DNA from: Betaproteobacteria bacterium | Lineage (GTDB): Bacteria > Pseudomonadota > Gammaproteobacteria > Burkholderiales > CAIKXV01 | Length of the DNA: 64,000 nucleotides | Assembly (NCBI GenBank): GCA_947457885.1 | Contig: CANGXU010000002.1 | Coordinates: 548-64,547, forward strand | Direction of reading: 5' to 3' | Shown here: positions 43,197-52,442 of the stretch, piece by piece | How the letters are laid out: each line of letters starts with the position of its first letter | Position numbering within the stretch: the stretch's first letter is position 1 | Made by a program: the position numbers and the translations under genes | The notes under the pieces: generated by a model | What the model saw: only the letters and a program-made list of their open reading frames with translations | What the model was told of the DNA's origin: nothing | The model's database searches: none

Positions 43197-45416
43197 GTGC
43201 AATTGAGCGACGCCGCCCGCGCGGCCGGCATCTCGACCGGTTACCACGATATCTGGGGGCAATGGCGCGCCGCGCCTGACGATACGTTGATCGCGGTGTT
43301 CGACGCCCTCGGTTATCGCGGTGCACCCGATGCAGCGGCGCTCGCGCGGTCGGTCGAGTCGCGGCGGCGCTCCGAAGAGCTGCGTCTCGTCGCTGAGACG
43401 GTGGTGGTGGAGGCAGATGTGGCGGTGGCGATCCCGCTGTCGCGAGCAGGCTTGCGCGCGTTTGCGGGCGATGACTGGCCGGCGGTCGTCGACCGGGTCG
43501 ACTGGACCGTGTTGACCGAATCGGGTGCGCGTCTGTCGGGCTCCTGCATGCCGTTCGAGCCGGATCCCCTGCTTGCGCTGCCGGCACTGCCGGCGGGTCG
43601 GCACCGGCTGTCCGTGCGCGTCGAAGGCATGCCGGTGCCTCCGGACGGCGTGCCGTACCAGCCTGCCGCGTCTGCAGTGCTGCTGTGTGCGCCGCCGCGC
43701 TGCCATCTTCCGGAGCCCCTGCGCGACAACGGCCGGCAGTGGGGCATCGCGGTGCAACTCTACGGCCTGCGTTCGCTGCGCAACTGGGGCATCGGCGACT
43801 TCACCGACCTGCTCATGCTGGCCGACTCCGCCGCTGCGCTCGGGGCGGGAGTGGTCGGCCTCAACCCGCTGCATGCGCTTGCACTGGACCGCCCCGAACA
43901 GGCCAGCCCATACTCGGCCGTGAGTCGCCTGTTTCTGAACCCGCTCTACATCGATCCCGAGCGCATCGACGTGTTCACCGATCCTGCGGTCGTGCCTGCG
44001 CTCTGCCGGCAATTCGCACCCGAGGTGGAGCGCGCCCGGCTGCGTGCCGCCGAGCGGGTCGACTACCCGGGCGTCGCACGATTGAAGCTTGCGGCGATGC
44101 GCGCGATCTACGACGCATTCGTGCGCGACGAGTGCGCCGGGACGAGTCTGGGCACGACCGTTCATGCGCCAGGCCGATGGCAGCGCGAATTCGAGGCGTT
44201 CGCCACGTCGAACGATACTCTGCGCCTGCACGCTACCTACCAGTCGATCCAGTCCGCGCTGCATCAGGCGGACCCTTCGGTCTGGGGCTGGCCCTGCTGG
44301 CCTCTGCCGCTGCGCGATCCGTCGGGTGAGGCCGTTGCACAGTGGCAGCGGGAGCATGCGCACGACACCGGGTTCCACGTGTTCCTCGAATGGCAGGCAT
44401 CGCGCCAGTGGCAGCAGGTGCGTGCCTGCGCCACGCGCGCCGGCATCCTGCTTTACGGAGATGTGGCGCTCGGCGCCGATCGTGGCGGTTCGGAAGTCTG
44501 GGCCGCGCAGGGCGCGCACGCGCTGGCCATCAGCGCCGGGTGCCCGCCGGACGACTTCAACCTGCAGGGGCAGGACTGGGGCCTGCCGCCACTGCGGCCC
44601 GACCGCCTGCGCGCCGACGGATGCGCGGCCTTCCGGTCGGCGGTCGCGGCCAGCATGGCCCGCTTCGATGCGCTGCGCCTGGACCATGTGATGAGCCTGA
44701 TGCGGCTGTTCTGGATACCGCCGGGCCCCGGTCCGACGGCCGGCGCATACGTCGACTACCCGTTCGATGCGATGCTGGCGACGCTGCGCATCGAGAGCGA
44801 GCGCCATGCATGCATGGTGATCGGCGAGGACCTCGGTACGGTTCAGCCGGCGGTGCGCGATGGGCTGCAGTGCGCCGACGTGTTGTCCTACCGGTTGCTC
44901 GTGTTCGAGCGTGACGGGACGGATCATTTCCGGCGGCCGCACGAATACCCGCGCCTGGCGCTGGCTTCCATCGGCAGCCACGACCTGTCCCCATTGCAGG
45001 GGTGGTGGGTCGGAGATGACCTCGCCCAGCGGCGGCGCCTCGGCCTGCTCGACGAGGGCCAGTACGAGCGCTTCGCCTCGGATCGCAGGCAGGCGCGCGC
45101 GGCGCTGCTCGGCGCGCTCGCCGAAGCCGGACTGATGCCGGAGGGTGAGTCCACGGATGCCGGTCGTTATCCGACGTTACCGTCTTGCCTGGTCGACGCG
45201 GTGCACGCCTTCCTCGCCCGTACTGCCTCGATGTGGACGATGGTCAATCCGGAGGACGTATTCGACCTGGTCGATGCGACCAACCTGCCCGGGACGACCT
45301 TCGAACATCCGAACTGGTCGCGCCGGCTGCCGGTGCCGGTCGAGGCGTGGCTGGCGCATCCACGCTGGCGGGCCATCGCCGGAACCCAGCGCGAGCGCTC
45401 CGGCGGGCTGCGCTGA
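43197..45416 (+). CDS. malQ: 4-alpha-glucanotransferase (amylomaltase), long MalQ type
   Basis: The N-terminus LSDAARAAGISTGYHDIWG parallels E. coli MalQ. GH77 motifs: NWGIGDFTDL, SPYSAVSRLFLNPLYID, LRLDHVMSLMRLFWIP, IGEDLGTV. GTG start inferred inside the longer ORF. Confidence 0.85.
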   Translation: MQLSDAARAAGISTGYHDIWGQWRAAPDDTLIAVFDALGYRGAPDAAALARSVESRRRSEELRLVAETVVVEADVAVAIPLSRAGLRAFAGDDWPAVVDRVDWTVLTESGARLSGSCMPFEPDPLLALPALPAGRHRLSVRVEGMPVPPDGVPYQPAASAVLLCAPPRCHLPEPLRDNGRQWGIAVQLYGLRSLRNWGIGDFTDLLMLADSAAALGAGVVGLNPLHALALDRPEQASPYSAVSRLFLNPLYIDPERIDVFTDPAVVPALCRQFAPEVERARLRAAERVDYPGVARLKLAAMRAIYDAFVRDECAGTSLGTTVHAPGRWQREFEAFATSNDTLRLHATYQSIQSALHQADPSVWGWPCWPLPLRDPSGEAVAQWQREHAHDTGFHVFLEWQASRQWQQVRACATRAGILLYGDVALGADRGGSEVWAAQGAHALAISAGCPPDDFNLQGQDWGLPPLRPDRLRADGCAAFRSAVAASMARFDALRLDHVMSLMRLFWIPPGPGPTAGAYVDYPFDAMLATLRIESERHACMVIGEDLGTVQPAVRDGLQCADVLSYRLLVFERDGTDHFRRPHEYPRLALASIGSHDLSPLQGWWVGDDLAQRRRLGLLDEGQYERFASDRRQARAALLGALAEAGLMPEGESTDAGRYPTLPSCLVDAVHAFLARTASMWTMVNPEDVFDLVDATNLPGTTFEHPNWSRRLPVPVEAWLAHPRWRAIAGTQRERSGGLR

Positions 45417-45423
45417 GAGCGCC

Positions 45424-46518
45424 TCAGTCAGCCTTCGCGCCGGCCACGCGCGCGACTTCCGCCCATCGGGCGATCTCGCGCCGGATGAAGGCGCCGAACT
45501 GTTCCGGGGTCTGCGCGGCCGACGGCGTGGCACCCTGCTGGGCGAATCGTTCACGCACCTCAGGCGATGCAACGGCTTTGATTACCTCGAGGTTCAGCCG
45601 CTGCACCACCGGCCGCGGCGTGTCGGCCGGGGCCAGCATGCCGAACCAGATCGTCAGTTCATAGCTGGGCAGGCCCGCTGCCTCGATGACCGTCGGCACC
45701 TCGGGAAGTATCGACAGCCGGCCACGCGAGGTGACAGCCAGCGCGCGCACCTTCCCGGAACGGATGTGCGGAATCGCCGTGGGCAGCGGTTCGATCTGGA
45801 TCTGCACCTGGCCGCCGATCAGGTCGGCGATCGCGGCCGCGCCACCCTTGTACGGTACATGGACCATGTCGATCTTCGCCAGTGCCTTCAGCAACTCGGC
45901 ACCCATGTGCTGCGAGGTGCCGGTGCCCGCCGATGCGTAGTTGAGAGAGCCCGGTTTCGCGCGGGCCAGCGCGATCAGCTCCCGCATCGAGCCGGCCGCA
46001 ACCGAGGGCGTGACCAGCACGACGCTGGGTACTTCAGCCAGCGGGGCGATCGGTGCGAATGCCTTGACCGGGTCGTAGGGCAGGTTGCGGTACAGCGCCG
46101 GGCTGACCGCGACAGTGCTGGTCGCGCCGAAGGCGAGGGTGTAGCCGTCCGGATTGGCGCGCGCCGCGATGCCCAGCCCGAGCGTGCCGCCGGCGCCTGC
46201 CCGATTGTCGATGATGACCGTCTGCTTCAGTTGCTCGCCGAGACTCTGGCCGATGATGCGCGCGACCAGGTCGTTGATGCCGCCCGGCGGGAACGGCACG
46301 ACCAGCCGGATCGGGCGGTCGGGATAGGTACTTGCGGCCGGTGACTGCGCGGCAGCGGCCGGCCCCCCCGTGCTGAATGCGGCAAGCACGACGAGCCCGG
46401 CAATCCACCCGGTGGCCGCTGCCAGTGGCACTGCGCGGGCGCAGCGATGCCGACCGCTCTTCGTGTCGACACAACCGGTGACGCTGCTGTCTGCTGCCAT
46501 GCCCATCTCCATGTCCAT
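45424..46518 (-). CDS. Bug-family tripartite tricarboxylate transporter substrate-binding protein (TctC-like)
   Basis: YPDRPIRLVVPFPPGGINDLVARII...NRAGAGG...NYASAGTGTSQH...VPYKGGAAA is the Bug/TctC signature. The start lies among clustered ATGs at 46506-46518. Confidence 0.85.
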   Translation of the reverse strand: MDMEMGMAADSSVTGCVDTKSGRHRCARAVPLAAATGWIAGLVVLAAFSTGGPAAAAQSPAASTYPDRPIRLVVPFPPGGINDLVARIIGQSLGEQLKQTVIIDNRAGAGGTLGLGIAARANPDGYTLAFGATSTVAVSPALYRNLPYDPVKAFAPIAPLAEVPSVVLVTPSVAAGSMRELIALARAKPGSLNYASAGTGTSQHMGAELLKALAKIDMVHVPYKGGAAAIADLIGGQVQIQIEPLPTAIPHIRSGKVRALAVTSRGRLSILPEVPTVIEAAGLPSYELTIWFGMLAPADTPRPVVQRLNLEVIKAVASPEVRERFAQQGATPSAAQTPEQFGAFIRREIARWAEVARVAGAKAD

Positions 46519-46659
46519 GCAGTTTTCGGTGGAACGCGATCCCGCGCGGCGCCGGGTGCAGGCGCACGTGCATCGTGCGGTGCCCAGCATGGCACACTTG
46601 GAACCCTTCGGCGAACCCTTGCAGCGATCCTGCGCGGGGCCGGTTTCAGGGAGCAGCAT

Positions 46660-47475
46660 ATGCGGGTGGCGATCATCGGGGCAGGAAGCATCGCGCGCAT
46701 CGCGCTGGAACACACCCAGCGCGGGACGCTGGGCGATGTCGAGGTGGTGGCGCTGATGGGGCGCAGCATGAACTCGCGCGGCCGCGCACTGGCGGAGGCG
46801 AATGGCTGTGCGTTCGTCGCCGATATCGACGGGCTGCTGGCGACCGCGCCGGACGTGGTGGTCGAGGCGGCCGGCCATGAAGCGGTACGCCTCTACGCGG
46901 AGGCTGTACTGGCGCGTGGTCTCGCGCTGGTGGTGCTTTCCTGCGGCGCGCTCGCGGATGACGCGCTGCGCGGCCGGCTGGAGGGAACGGCCCGTGCCGC
47001 CGATGGCCTGCTGTACGTGCCCTCGGGCGGCATCTGCGGGCTCGACGGGGTCAAGACGATGGCCCTTGCCGGCATCGACGAGGCATCGATCGCGGTGACC
47101 AAGCCGCCGATCGCATGGAAGGGTATCGCTTATGTCGACCAGCTGGGCATCGATCTGGCGGGCCTGCGCGAGGCGACCGTGCTGTACGACGGACCGGTGC
47201 GGGAGGGTGCCGGCCACTTCCCGGCGAACGTGAACATCGCAGCCGGGCTGGCGCTGGCCGGTATCGGCTTCGATCGCACGCGGCTGAAGGTGGTGGCCGA
47301 TCCTGCGCTCACGCGCAACACCCACTTCATCGAGATCCGCGGCAAGGCGAGCGACATCTCGATCCGGCTGGCGAACGTCGCCGATCCTGAGAATCCGAAG
47401 ACTGCGTGGCTTGCCTGCTACAGCGCGCTGTGTGCGATTCGAGAGGCGAAGAGTAACGTCCGTTACGGAACCTGA
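46660..47475 (+). CDS. nadX: L-aspartate dehydrogenase
   Basis: MRVAIIGAGSIARIA Rossmann N-terminus, and FPANVNIAAGLALAG...NTHFIEIRG typical of NadX. Confidence 0.75.
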   Translation: MRVAIIGAGSIARIALEHTQRGTLGDVEVVALMGRSMNSRGRALAEANGCAFVADIDGLLATAPDVVVEAAGHEAVRLYAEAVLARGLALVVLSCGALADDALRGRLEGTARAADGLLYVPSGGICGLDGVKTMALAGIDEASIAVTKPPIAWKGIAYVDQLGIDLAGLREATVLYDGPVREGAGHFPANVNIAAGLALAGIGFDRTRLKVVADPALTRNTHFIEIRGKASDISIRLANVADPENPKTAWLACYSALCAIREAKSNVRYGT

Positions 47476-47504
47476 GGAACCTGAACCGGTCGCACCGGGG
47501 GCGG

Positions 47505-48098
47505 TCAGGCGTACAGACGACTGTGCTTTGGCACCCTCGCCATCAGGTATTCCATCTGGTCGACGAGGATGCGGCGGTTCTGCAGGATCATGTGCTCATG
47601 GCGGTTGGGCACATACGGCAGGTAGAGCAACGGCATGCGTGCGGCCTCGGGCGTACGGTTGTCTTTCTTGCTGTTGCAGGTCCGGCAGGCGGTCACCACG
47701 TTCATCCAGCGGTCTTCGCCGCCGCGCGACAGCGGCACGATGTGGTCGCGCGACAGTTCCCGCTCGCGCAGGCGATCGCCGCAATACGCACAGACCTGCC
47801 GGTCGCGCACAAACAAGGCCGCGTTGATCAGTGCCGGTTCGCGCTGGAATTCCTTGGCGAACGAGCCCGCCCCCTTGATCGCGATGATGCTCGCGGTCGA
47901 GAGTTCGGAGCGCTCGCCGGTGCTGCGCGACAGCCCGCCATGGTAGGTGCGCACGATGCTGCCGATCGACCATGCCACCTGATGCTTGGCGTGGTAGGTG
48001 ATCGCCTCTTCGACCAGCAACCATCGACGCGGTAGCCCGCCCGGATCGACTTCCAGGATCAGCGGCTCACCTCGGGCGCGACTACCGAATGCAGTCAT
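47505..48098 (-). CDS. HNH endonuclease family protein
   Basis: CAYCG...SRDHIVPLSRGG..WMNVVTACRTCNSKK is an HNH/zinc-finger motif. It lies immediately 3' of tRNA-Sec. Confidence 0.75.
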   Translation of the reverse strand: MTAFGSRARGEPLILEVDPGGLPRRWLLVEEAITYHAKHQVAWSIGSIVRTYHGGLSRSTGERSELSTASIIAIKGAGSFAKEFQREPALINAALFVRDRQVCAYCGDRLRERELSRDHIVPLSRGGEDRWMNVVTACRTCNSKKDNRTPEAARMPLLYLPYVPNRHEHMILQNRRILVDQMEYLMARVPKHSRLYA

Positions 48099-48107
48099 GG
48101 TTCCCGA

Positions 48108-48136
48108 ACATTAGGAACGATGGCGCGTGATGTCAA
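48108..48136 (-). promoter_or_regulatory. candidate sigma-70 promoter for the HNH gene
   Basis: On the minus strand: TTGACA-17 nt-TAATGT, ending about 9 nt before the ATG, which gives a very short leader. Confidence 0.25.
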
Positions 48137-48195
48137 GCCGGATCGGCGTGGCAGGCCAGGCAGGAGCCCGGTCTGCGGCCAGGTCCGAGGCCGCC

Positions 48196-48291
48196 TGGCG
48201 GAAGAGAGTGCGAGTCGAACGCACGGAGGACTGGATCACAGCCCTCACCGGGTTTGAAGTCCGGCCGTCCCACCGGGGACGTTTCCCTTCC
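48196..48291 (-). tRNA. selC: tRNA-Sec (UCA anticodon)
   Basis: Minus-strand sequence GGAAGGGAAACGTCCCCGGTGGGACGGCCGGACTTCAAACCCGGTGAGGGCTGTGATCCAGTCCTCCGTGCGTTCGACTCGCACTCTCTTCCGCCA. It folds with an 8-bp acceptor stem, a 6-bp D stem with a 4-nt loop, a CUUCAAA anticodon loop, a long 8-bp variable arm, a 5-bp T stem (GTGCG/CGCAC) with a TTCGACT loop, and an encoded CCA. It is collinear with E. coli selC and lies 20 nt after the selB stop. Confidence 0.93.
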
Positions 48292-48311
48292 CGTGCTGCG
48301 GATGAATTATC

Positions 48312-50264
48312 TCACGCGTCCGGCTGTGCGTCCGTCTGCGCGGCCTCGCGGTAAACGTCGGACACCTTGCGCCGGAGCTTGCGTGCGTCGCCGACGCGCA
48401 ACGTGAGCCCGGCGCTGTCGAAGTGTTCCAGGATCTGGATGGCGAGGCTGCGGCCGATGCCTGCCTGATCGCGGTACTGCGCCGCATTGAACTGGCCACC
48501 TGGGACAGCCTGGGCAGTGGCCTCCACCAGCCGGGCGAGCGCGACGATCGCCGCCCGCAGGTACACGCGCTGCGGGTCGATGCGCACCAGTTCGCCGCGC
48601 TTGATCCGACGCTGGAGCATGGCCTGCAGGGCCTTCTCGTCGAGCTTCAGCGTGGCGGCAATCTCTCTCACCTGCGGTGGCGCATTCGGGGTCTTCGTCA
48701 GCAGCGGCCTGACCCGCTTCCACATCGCCTCGTCGGCACTGTTTGCGGACGCGTCGAAGCCCGGCAGGCGGGCGAGGCCTCCGGTGAGTTCCAGCGTGCG
48801 TGCCTGTACCGCATCGCGCAGCACCGCCTGCAGGATCTCGTCTGGCAGCGCAAGGCCGGCGTTCTTCTGCAGCACGGCCAGTTCGATGCCGGTCGCCTGC
48901 GGGGATTTTGCGTGGAAGCTGCGCACCTCTGCGAGCAGGGCCTCGCGCATTGTTGCGAGCCGGGCGGGTTCGAATGCGCGCCGCAACTCGCGCCCGAGTA
49001 CCTGCAGCCCGGCCGCCTTGTACAGCCGCTGCGCGGCTTCGGCTGTGAGGTTGAAGCGGCGCTCGAACAGCGCGACATCGATGCCGGCCGCAGCGTGCGG
49101 CAGCAGGGCCTGGAGCACGTCCGGCGGCGCGCCGCCGTCGAGCGCAGCGAGTTCCAGCTGGCGCTCGGCCATCCGCCGGCGGCGCGGTGGTGGGAACGGA
49201 TCGATCACATGCCCGCCGCCGATCGTCCGCTGGGCGGAGAAGTCGCGCACGATGAAGCGGTCCCCGGCGATCGCACCGACCGGCTGGTCGAGCACGAGTT
49301 GCGCGACCTCTGCAGTGCCCGGCGCGACGGACAGGTCGCGCCGGGTCGAGAGGCGGCCGGTGACATCGGCGGTGCCCAGGTGCAGGTGCACCGGCGTCCA
49401 GTGGCGCAGCGGGTTCGGTTCCGTCGCCAGCGCGCGCAGGTGCACGTCGATGCGGCTGGTCGGCGCATGGATGGCGGGGTCGACCAGCCATTCGCCCCGC
49501 GTGATCGCGTCTTTCTGCAGGTCGGCGCCGGTAAGGTTGACCGCGCACCGGGCACCAGCTGCCGCCTGTTCTACCGTCCGCCCCTGGACCTGCAGCCCGC
49601 GCACTCGCACGGCAACGCCAGACGGTGACAGGGTCAGGGTATCGCCGACCTTCACGCGGCCGGCGAAGATGGTTCCGGTGACCACGGTGCCGCTGCCGGC
49701 CACCGTGAAGCAGCGATCGATCGCGAGCCGGAAGTGCCTGCCTTCGGAAGCGCCCAGCCGCTGGGCGGACAGCCGTGCCACGAGCGTCTCTCGCAAGGCG
49801 TCGATACCATCGCCGTTCATCGCCGACACCGGCAGCACTGGGGCGTCGCGCAGCACGGTATCGGCGACCAGCGCGCGCAGCTCCGCGGTCACGGCCTCGA
49901 TCCGTTCGGGCGCAACACGGTCGACCTTGGTGATCACGAGCAGGCCCTGGCGAACGTCGAGCAGGTCCAGGATCGCCAGGTGCTCGCGCGTCTGAGGCAT
50001 CACGCCGTCGTCGGCGGCGACCACGAGCAGCACGAAATCGATGCCGGATACGCCGGCGAGCATGTTGCGCACGAAGCGTTCATGGCCCGGCACATCGATG
50101 AAGCCGATCGCGCTGCCGTCGGGCAGGCGCAGGTGCGCGAAGCCGATGTCGATCGAGATGCCGCGCCGCTTTTCCTCGGGCAGGCGATCGGTATCGATCC
50201 CCGTGAGCCGCTTCACGAGCAGCGTCTTGCCGTGGTCGATATGGCCTGCGGTGGCGACGATCAT
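48312..50264 (-). CDS. selB: selenocysteine-specific translation elongation factor SelB
   Basis: GTPase motifs [19 protein letters not shown] and ITKVD, plus a long C-terminal winged-helix extension. It sits between selA and selC. Confidence 0.93.
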   Translation of the reverse strand: MIVATAGHIDHGKTLLVKRLTGIDTDRLPEEKRRGISIDIGFAHLRLPDGSAIGFIDVPGHERFVRNMLAGVSGIDFVLLVVAADDGVMPQTREHLAILDLLDVRQGLLVITKVDRVAPERIEAVTAELRALVADTVLRDAPVLPVSAMNGDGIDALRETLVARLSAQRLGASEGRHFRLAIDRCFTVAGSGTVVTGTIFAGRVKVGDTLTLSPSGVAVRVRGLQVQGRTVEQAAAGARCAVNLTGADLQKDAITRGEWLVDPAIHAPTSRIDVHLRALATEPNPLRHWTPVHLHLGTADVTGRLSTRRDLSVAPGTAEVAQLVLDQPVGAIAGDRFIVRDFSAQRTIGGGHVIDPFPPPRRRRMAERQLELAALDGGAPPDVLQALLPHAAAGIDVALFERRFNLTAEAAQRLYKAAGLQVLGRELRRAFEPARLATMREALLAEVRSFHAKSPQATGIELAVLQKNAGLALPDEILQAVLRDAVQARTLELTGGLARLPGFDASANSADEAMWKRVRPLLTKTPNAPPQVREIAATLKLDEKALQAMLQRRIKRGELVRIDPQRVYLRAAIVALARLVEATAQAVPGGQFNAAQYRDQAGIGRSLAIQILEHFDSAGLTLRVGDARKLRRKVSDVYREAAQTDAQPDA

Positions 50265-50271
50265 CGTGCGC

Positions 50272-51657
50272 TCAGCCAGCCAGCAGCGGCAGTTGCGCGA
50301 GCAGCACTGCCTCGCCGTCGGCTTCGAGGCAGCGCAGGTCGAGCAGCAGGGCGTTGTCGTGGATGCGGCCCACCACCGGCCGCGGCAGGGCGCGCAGCCG
50401 TGCCGCGAGGCGGTCCAGGCTGCCGCCCCGGCTGGCGAACCGGATCGACAGCGCGGCCGAAGGCAGGCGGTCGACCGGCAGCGACCCGCTGCCGATCTGG
50501 CTCGAGCATTCGACCACCTCGACCGTCGCGCGTTCGCCGAGTGCCGCAGCGAACGCAGGCTTCAGGCGGATCGCGCAGGCATGGATATCCTCGCGCGGGC
50601 GGGTGAGCAGCCGCAGCGCCGGCAGCCGCTGGCGCAGACGGTCGGGATCGAGGTACAGGCGCAGCGTGGCTTCCAGCGCGGCGATGGTCATCTTGTCGAG
50701 GCGCAGCGCCCGCTTGAGCGGGCATTTCCGGATGCGGTCGATCAGCGCCTTGCGGCCGACGATCAGCCCGGCCTGCGGACCGCCGAGCAGCTTGTCGCCG
50801 CTGAAGGTGACCACGTCGGCGCCGTCGGCCAGTGATTCCTGGGGCGTCGGCTCGTGGGGCAGGCCGTAGGGAGCCAGGTCGACCAGCGACCCGCTACCGA
50901 GGTCTTCCAGCATCGGCAGCTCGTGGGCGTGGGCGATGCCGGCGAGCGTTCGGGTGTCGACGGTCGAGGTGAAGCCCTCGACCTGGTAGTTGCTCGGGTG
51001 CACGCGCATCAGGGCAGCGGTCGAACGCCCGATGGCCTCTTCGTAGTCGCGACCGTGGGTACGGTTGGTCGTGCCCACTTCCCGCAGCTTGCAGCCGGCG
51101 CGGCTCATGATGTCGGGCATGCGGAACGCACCGCCGATCTCGATGAGTTCGCCACGCGACACGATGACCTCACGGCGCGCCGCCAGCGCGGTCAGTGTAA
51201 GCAGCACCGCAGCCGCGTTGTTGTTGACCAGGGTCGCGGCCTCGGCGCCGGTGATCCGGCACAGCAGCTTCTCGACGTGGCTGTCCCGTTCGCCGCGGCG
51301 GCCGGTGGCCAGGTCGAACTCGAGGTTGGACGGCTGGCCCATCACGGCCATTACCGCCTCGATCGCCTCCGGGGCTGCCCACGCACGGCCGAGGTTGGTG
51401 TGCAGCACCGTACCGGTCAGGTTCAGAACCGGCAGAAGCCCGGGCCGGCTGTCCCGCTCCAGCAGTCGTTCGCAATCGCCGAAGAACGCGGCGGGTTCGA
51501 AGACCGCTGCCGTCGTCCGCAGCCGGTCGATCCCGGCACGTACGGCATCGAGCGCGAGCGAGCGGCCATGCCGTTCGATCAACCGCTGGCCCTCGGGCGA
51601 CCGCAGCAGGCGGTCGACCGAGGGCGGATGAACTGTTGCAGCGGCTGGTTCGTTCAC
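50272..51657 (-). CDS. selA: L-seryl-tRNA(Sec) selenium transferase SelA
   Basis: PSVDRLLR N-terminal motif, [14 protein letters not shown], and the PLP-Lys region [16 protein letters not shown] start inferred at 51657, 9 nt after the upstream stop. Confidence 0.9.
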   Translation of the reverse strand: MNEPAAATVHPPSVDRLLRSPEGQRLIERHGRSLALDAVRAGIDRLRTTAAVFEPAAFFGDCERLLERDSRPGLLPVLNLTGTVLHTNLGRAWAAPEAIEAVMAVMGQPSNLEFDLATGRRGERDSHVEKLLCRITGAEAATLVNNNAAAVLLTLTALAARREVIVSRGELIEIGGAFRMPDIMSRAGCKLREVGTTNRTHGRDYEEAIGRSTAALMRVHPSNYQVEGFTSTVDTRTLAGIAHAHELPMLEDLGSGSLVDLAPYGLPHEPTPQESLADGADVVTFSGDKLLGGPQAGLIVGRKALIDRIRKCPLKRALRLDKMTIAALEATLRLYLDPDRLRQRLPALRLLTRPREDIHACAIRLKPAFAAALGERATVEVVECSSQIGSGSLPVDRLPSAALSIRFASRGGSLDRLAARLRALPRPVVGRIHDNALLLDLRCLEADGEAVLLAQLPLLAG

Positions 51658-51665
51658 GGCATGGT

Positions 51666-52442
51666 CTAGTCTTCCCAGACCTTTTCGGGAAGCGGCAGTC
51701 CCTTCAGGTCTTCCGCCGTCAGCGGCTGGTCGGGCTCGATGCCCATCCTCGACAGCAGGAACTGCAGCTGGCGGGTGTGCTGGGCCGAATGCCAGGCGCA
51801 GCGCTCGAGCAGCACCGATAACGGCTGCGTCCCGAAATAGGTCTGCACGACCTGCTTCGCTGCCGGGTCTGTCTTCTCGTGCTGCGCCCACCAGTCGTGG
51901 AGCCGCTGGCGCACCTCGGCTGCGTAGTCGGCCACCTGCTGCGGGCGGGTGATCGAATCCTCCGGCGGCTTCACCGGCTGTTCGATCGTGAACTCGATCC
52001 CCTGCACCGCTTCCAGCATCGCTTCCTGGATGCGGACCAGATGGTGAGCCAGCTCGCGGTAGGTGCGCTTGCGGCCGGACATCGGCAGCAGTTCATTGAA
52101 CTTGTCCTGCGGCAGTTGCGGCACGAAGCGTTGTGCACCCGCCAGTACCACCTCGGCGCGCTGCACCAACTGCGCAGGGGTAAGTGCCGGACCGCCGTCG
52201 AACTGCAGGCCGAGGAACTTCGCCACTTCGGGGATCACCTGGCCGAGTACCCATTGATCGCCGCGAGCGACGACGGGGGTGGTCTTGGCGCCAAGCGCCG
52301 TCAGTTCGGCGAGCCCTGCGGGGTCGTTGAAGATATCGATGATGTCGAATTCGATATCGAGTCGCGAAAGAAACTCTTTCGTCCGGAGGCAGCTCGTTCA
52401 GCCGGGCTTGGTGAAGAAGCGTATGCGTTGTGCCTGGGCCAT
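51666..52442 (-). CDS. candidate selenoprotein: glutaredoxin-like domain with a U-x-x-C redox motif fused to a DinB-fold domain (in-frame TGA at 52398..52400 read as Sec)
   Basis: ATG 52442 (GGGAGA RBS) gives [70 protein letters not shown]. This continues in the same frame into ORF 51666..52238 (DinB-like: [15 protein letters not shown]). The TGA replaces the first Cys of a Grx CxxC. There is a SECIS-like hairpin downstream, and the gene is first in the operon with selA-selB-selC. Confidence 0.7.
52358..52397 (-). promoter_or_regulatory. candidate bacterial SECIS element
   Basis: The mRNA after UGA is ACGAGCUGCCUCCGGA-CGAAAGA-GUU-UCUUUCG-CGACUCG. It forms a perfect 7-bp upper stem (52365..52381) with a G/U-containing apical loop beginning 23 nt after the UGA. 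A lower CGAG/CUCG stem begins 1 nt after the UGA. Confidence 0.6.

Noticed and set aside
45424-47325. 633-aa minus-strand ORF suggesting a large protein
   Set aside because: Only the C-terminal ~360 aa (Bug/TctC) is credible. The N-terminal extension is antisense to nadX and has no signal peptide logic.
45424-48195. selC-associated genomic island
   Set aside because: There is no integrase, transposase or phage gene. I saw no repeat of the tRNA 3' end by eye. The neighbouring genes (TctC-like, nadX) look like ordinary metabolic genes. I keep only a low-interest note on the HNH gene.
52398-52400. Interpreting the in-frame TGA as a simple nonsense mutation (pseudogene) or a sequencing error
   Set aside because: This cannot be excluded without reads, but I disfavour it for four reasons. 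The stop falls exactly on the catalytic Cys position of a CxxC motif. Both flanks remain open and look like coding sequence. A hairpin with SECIS-like geometry follows. The gene is fused into the selABC operon.
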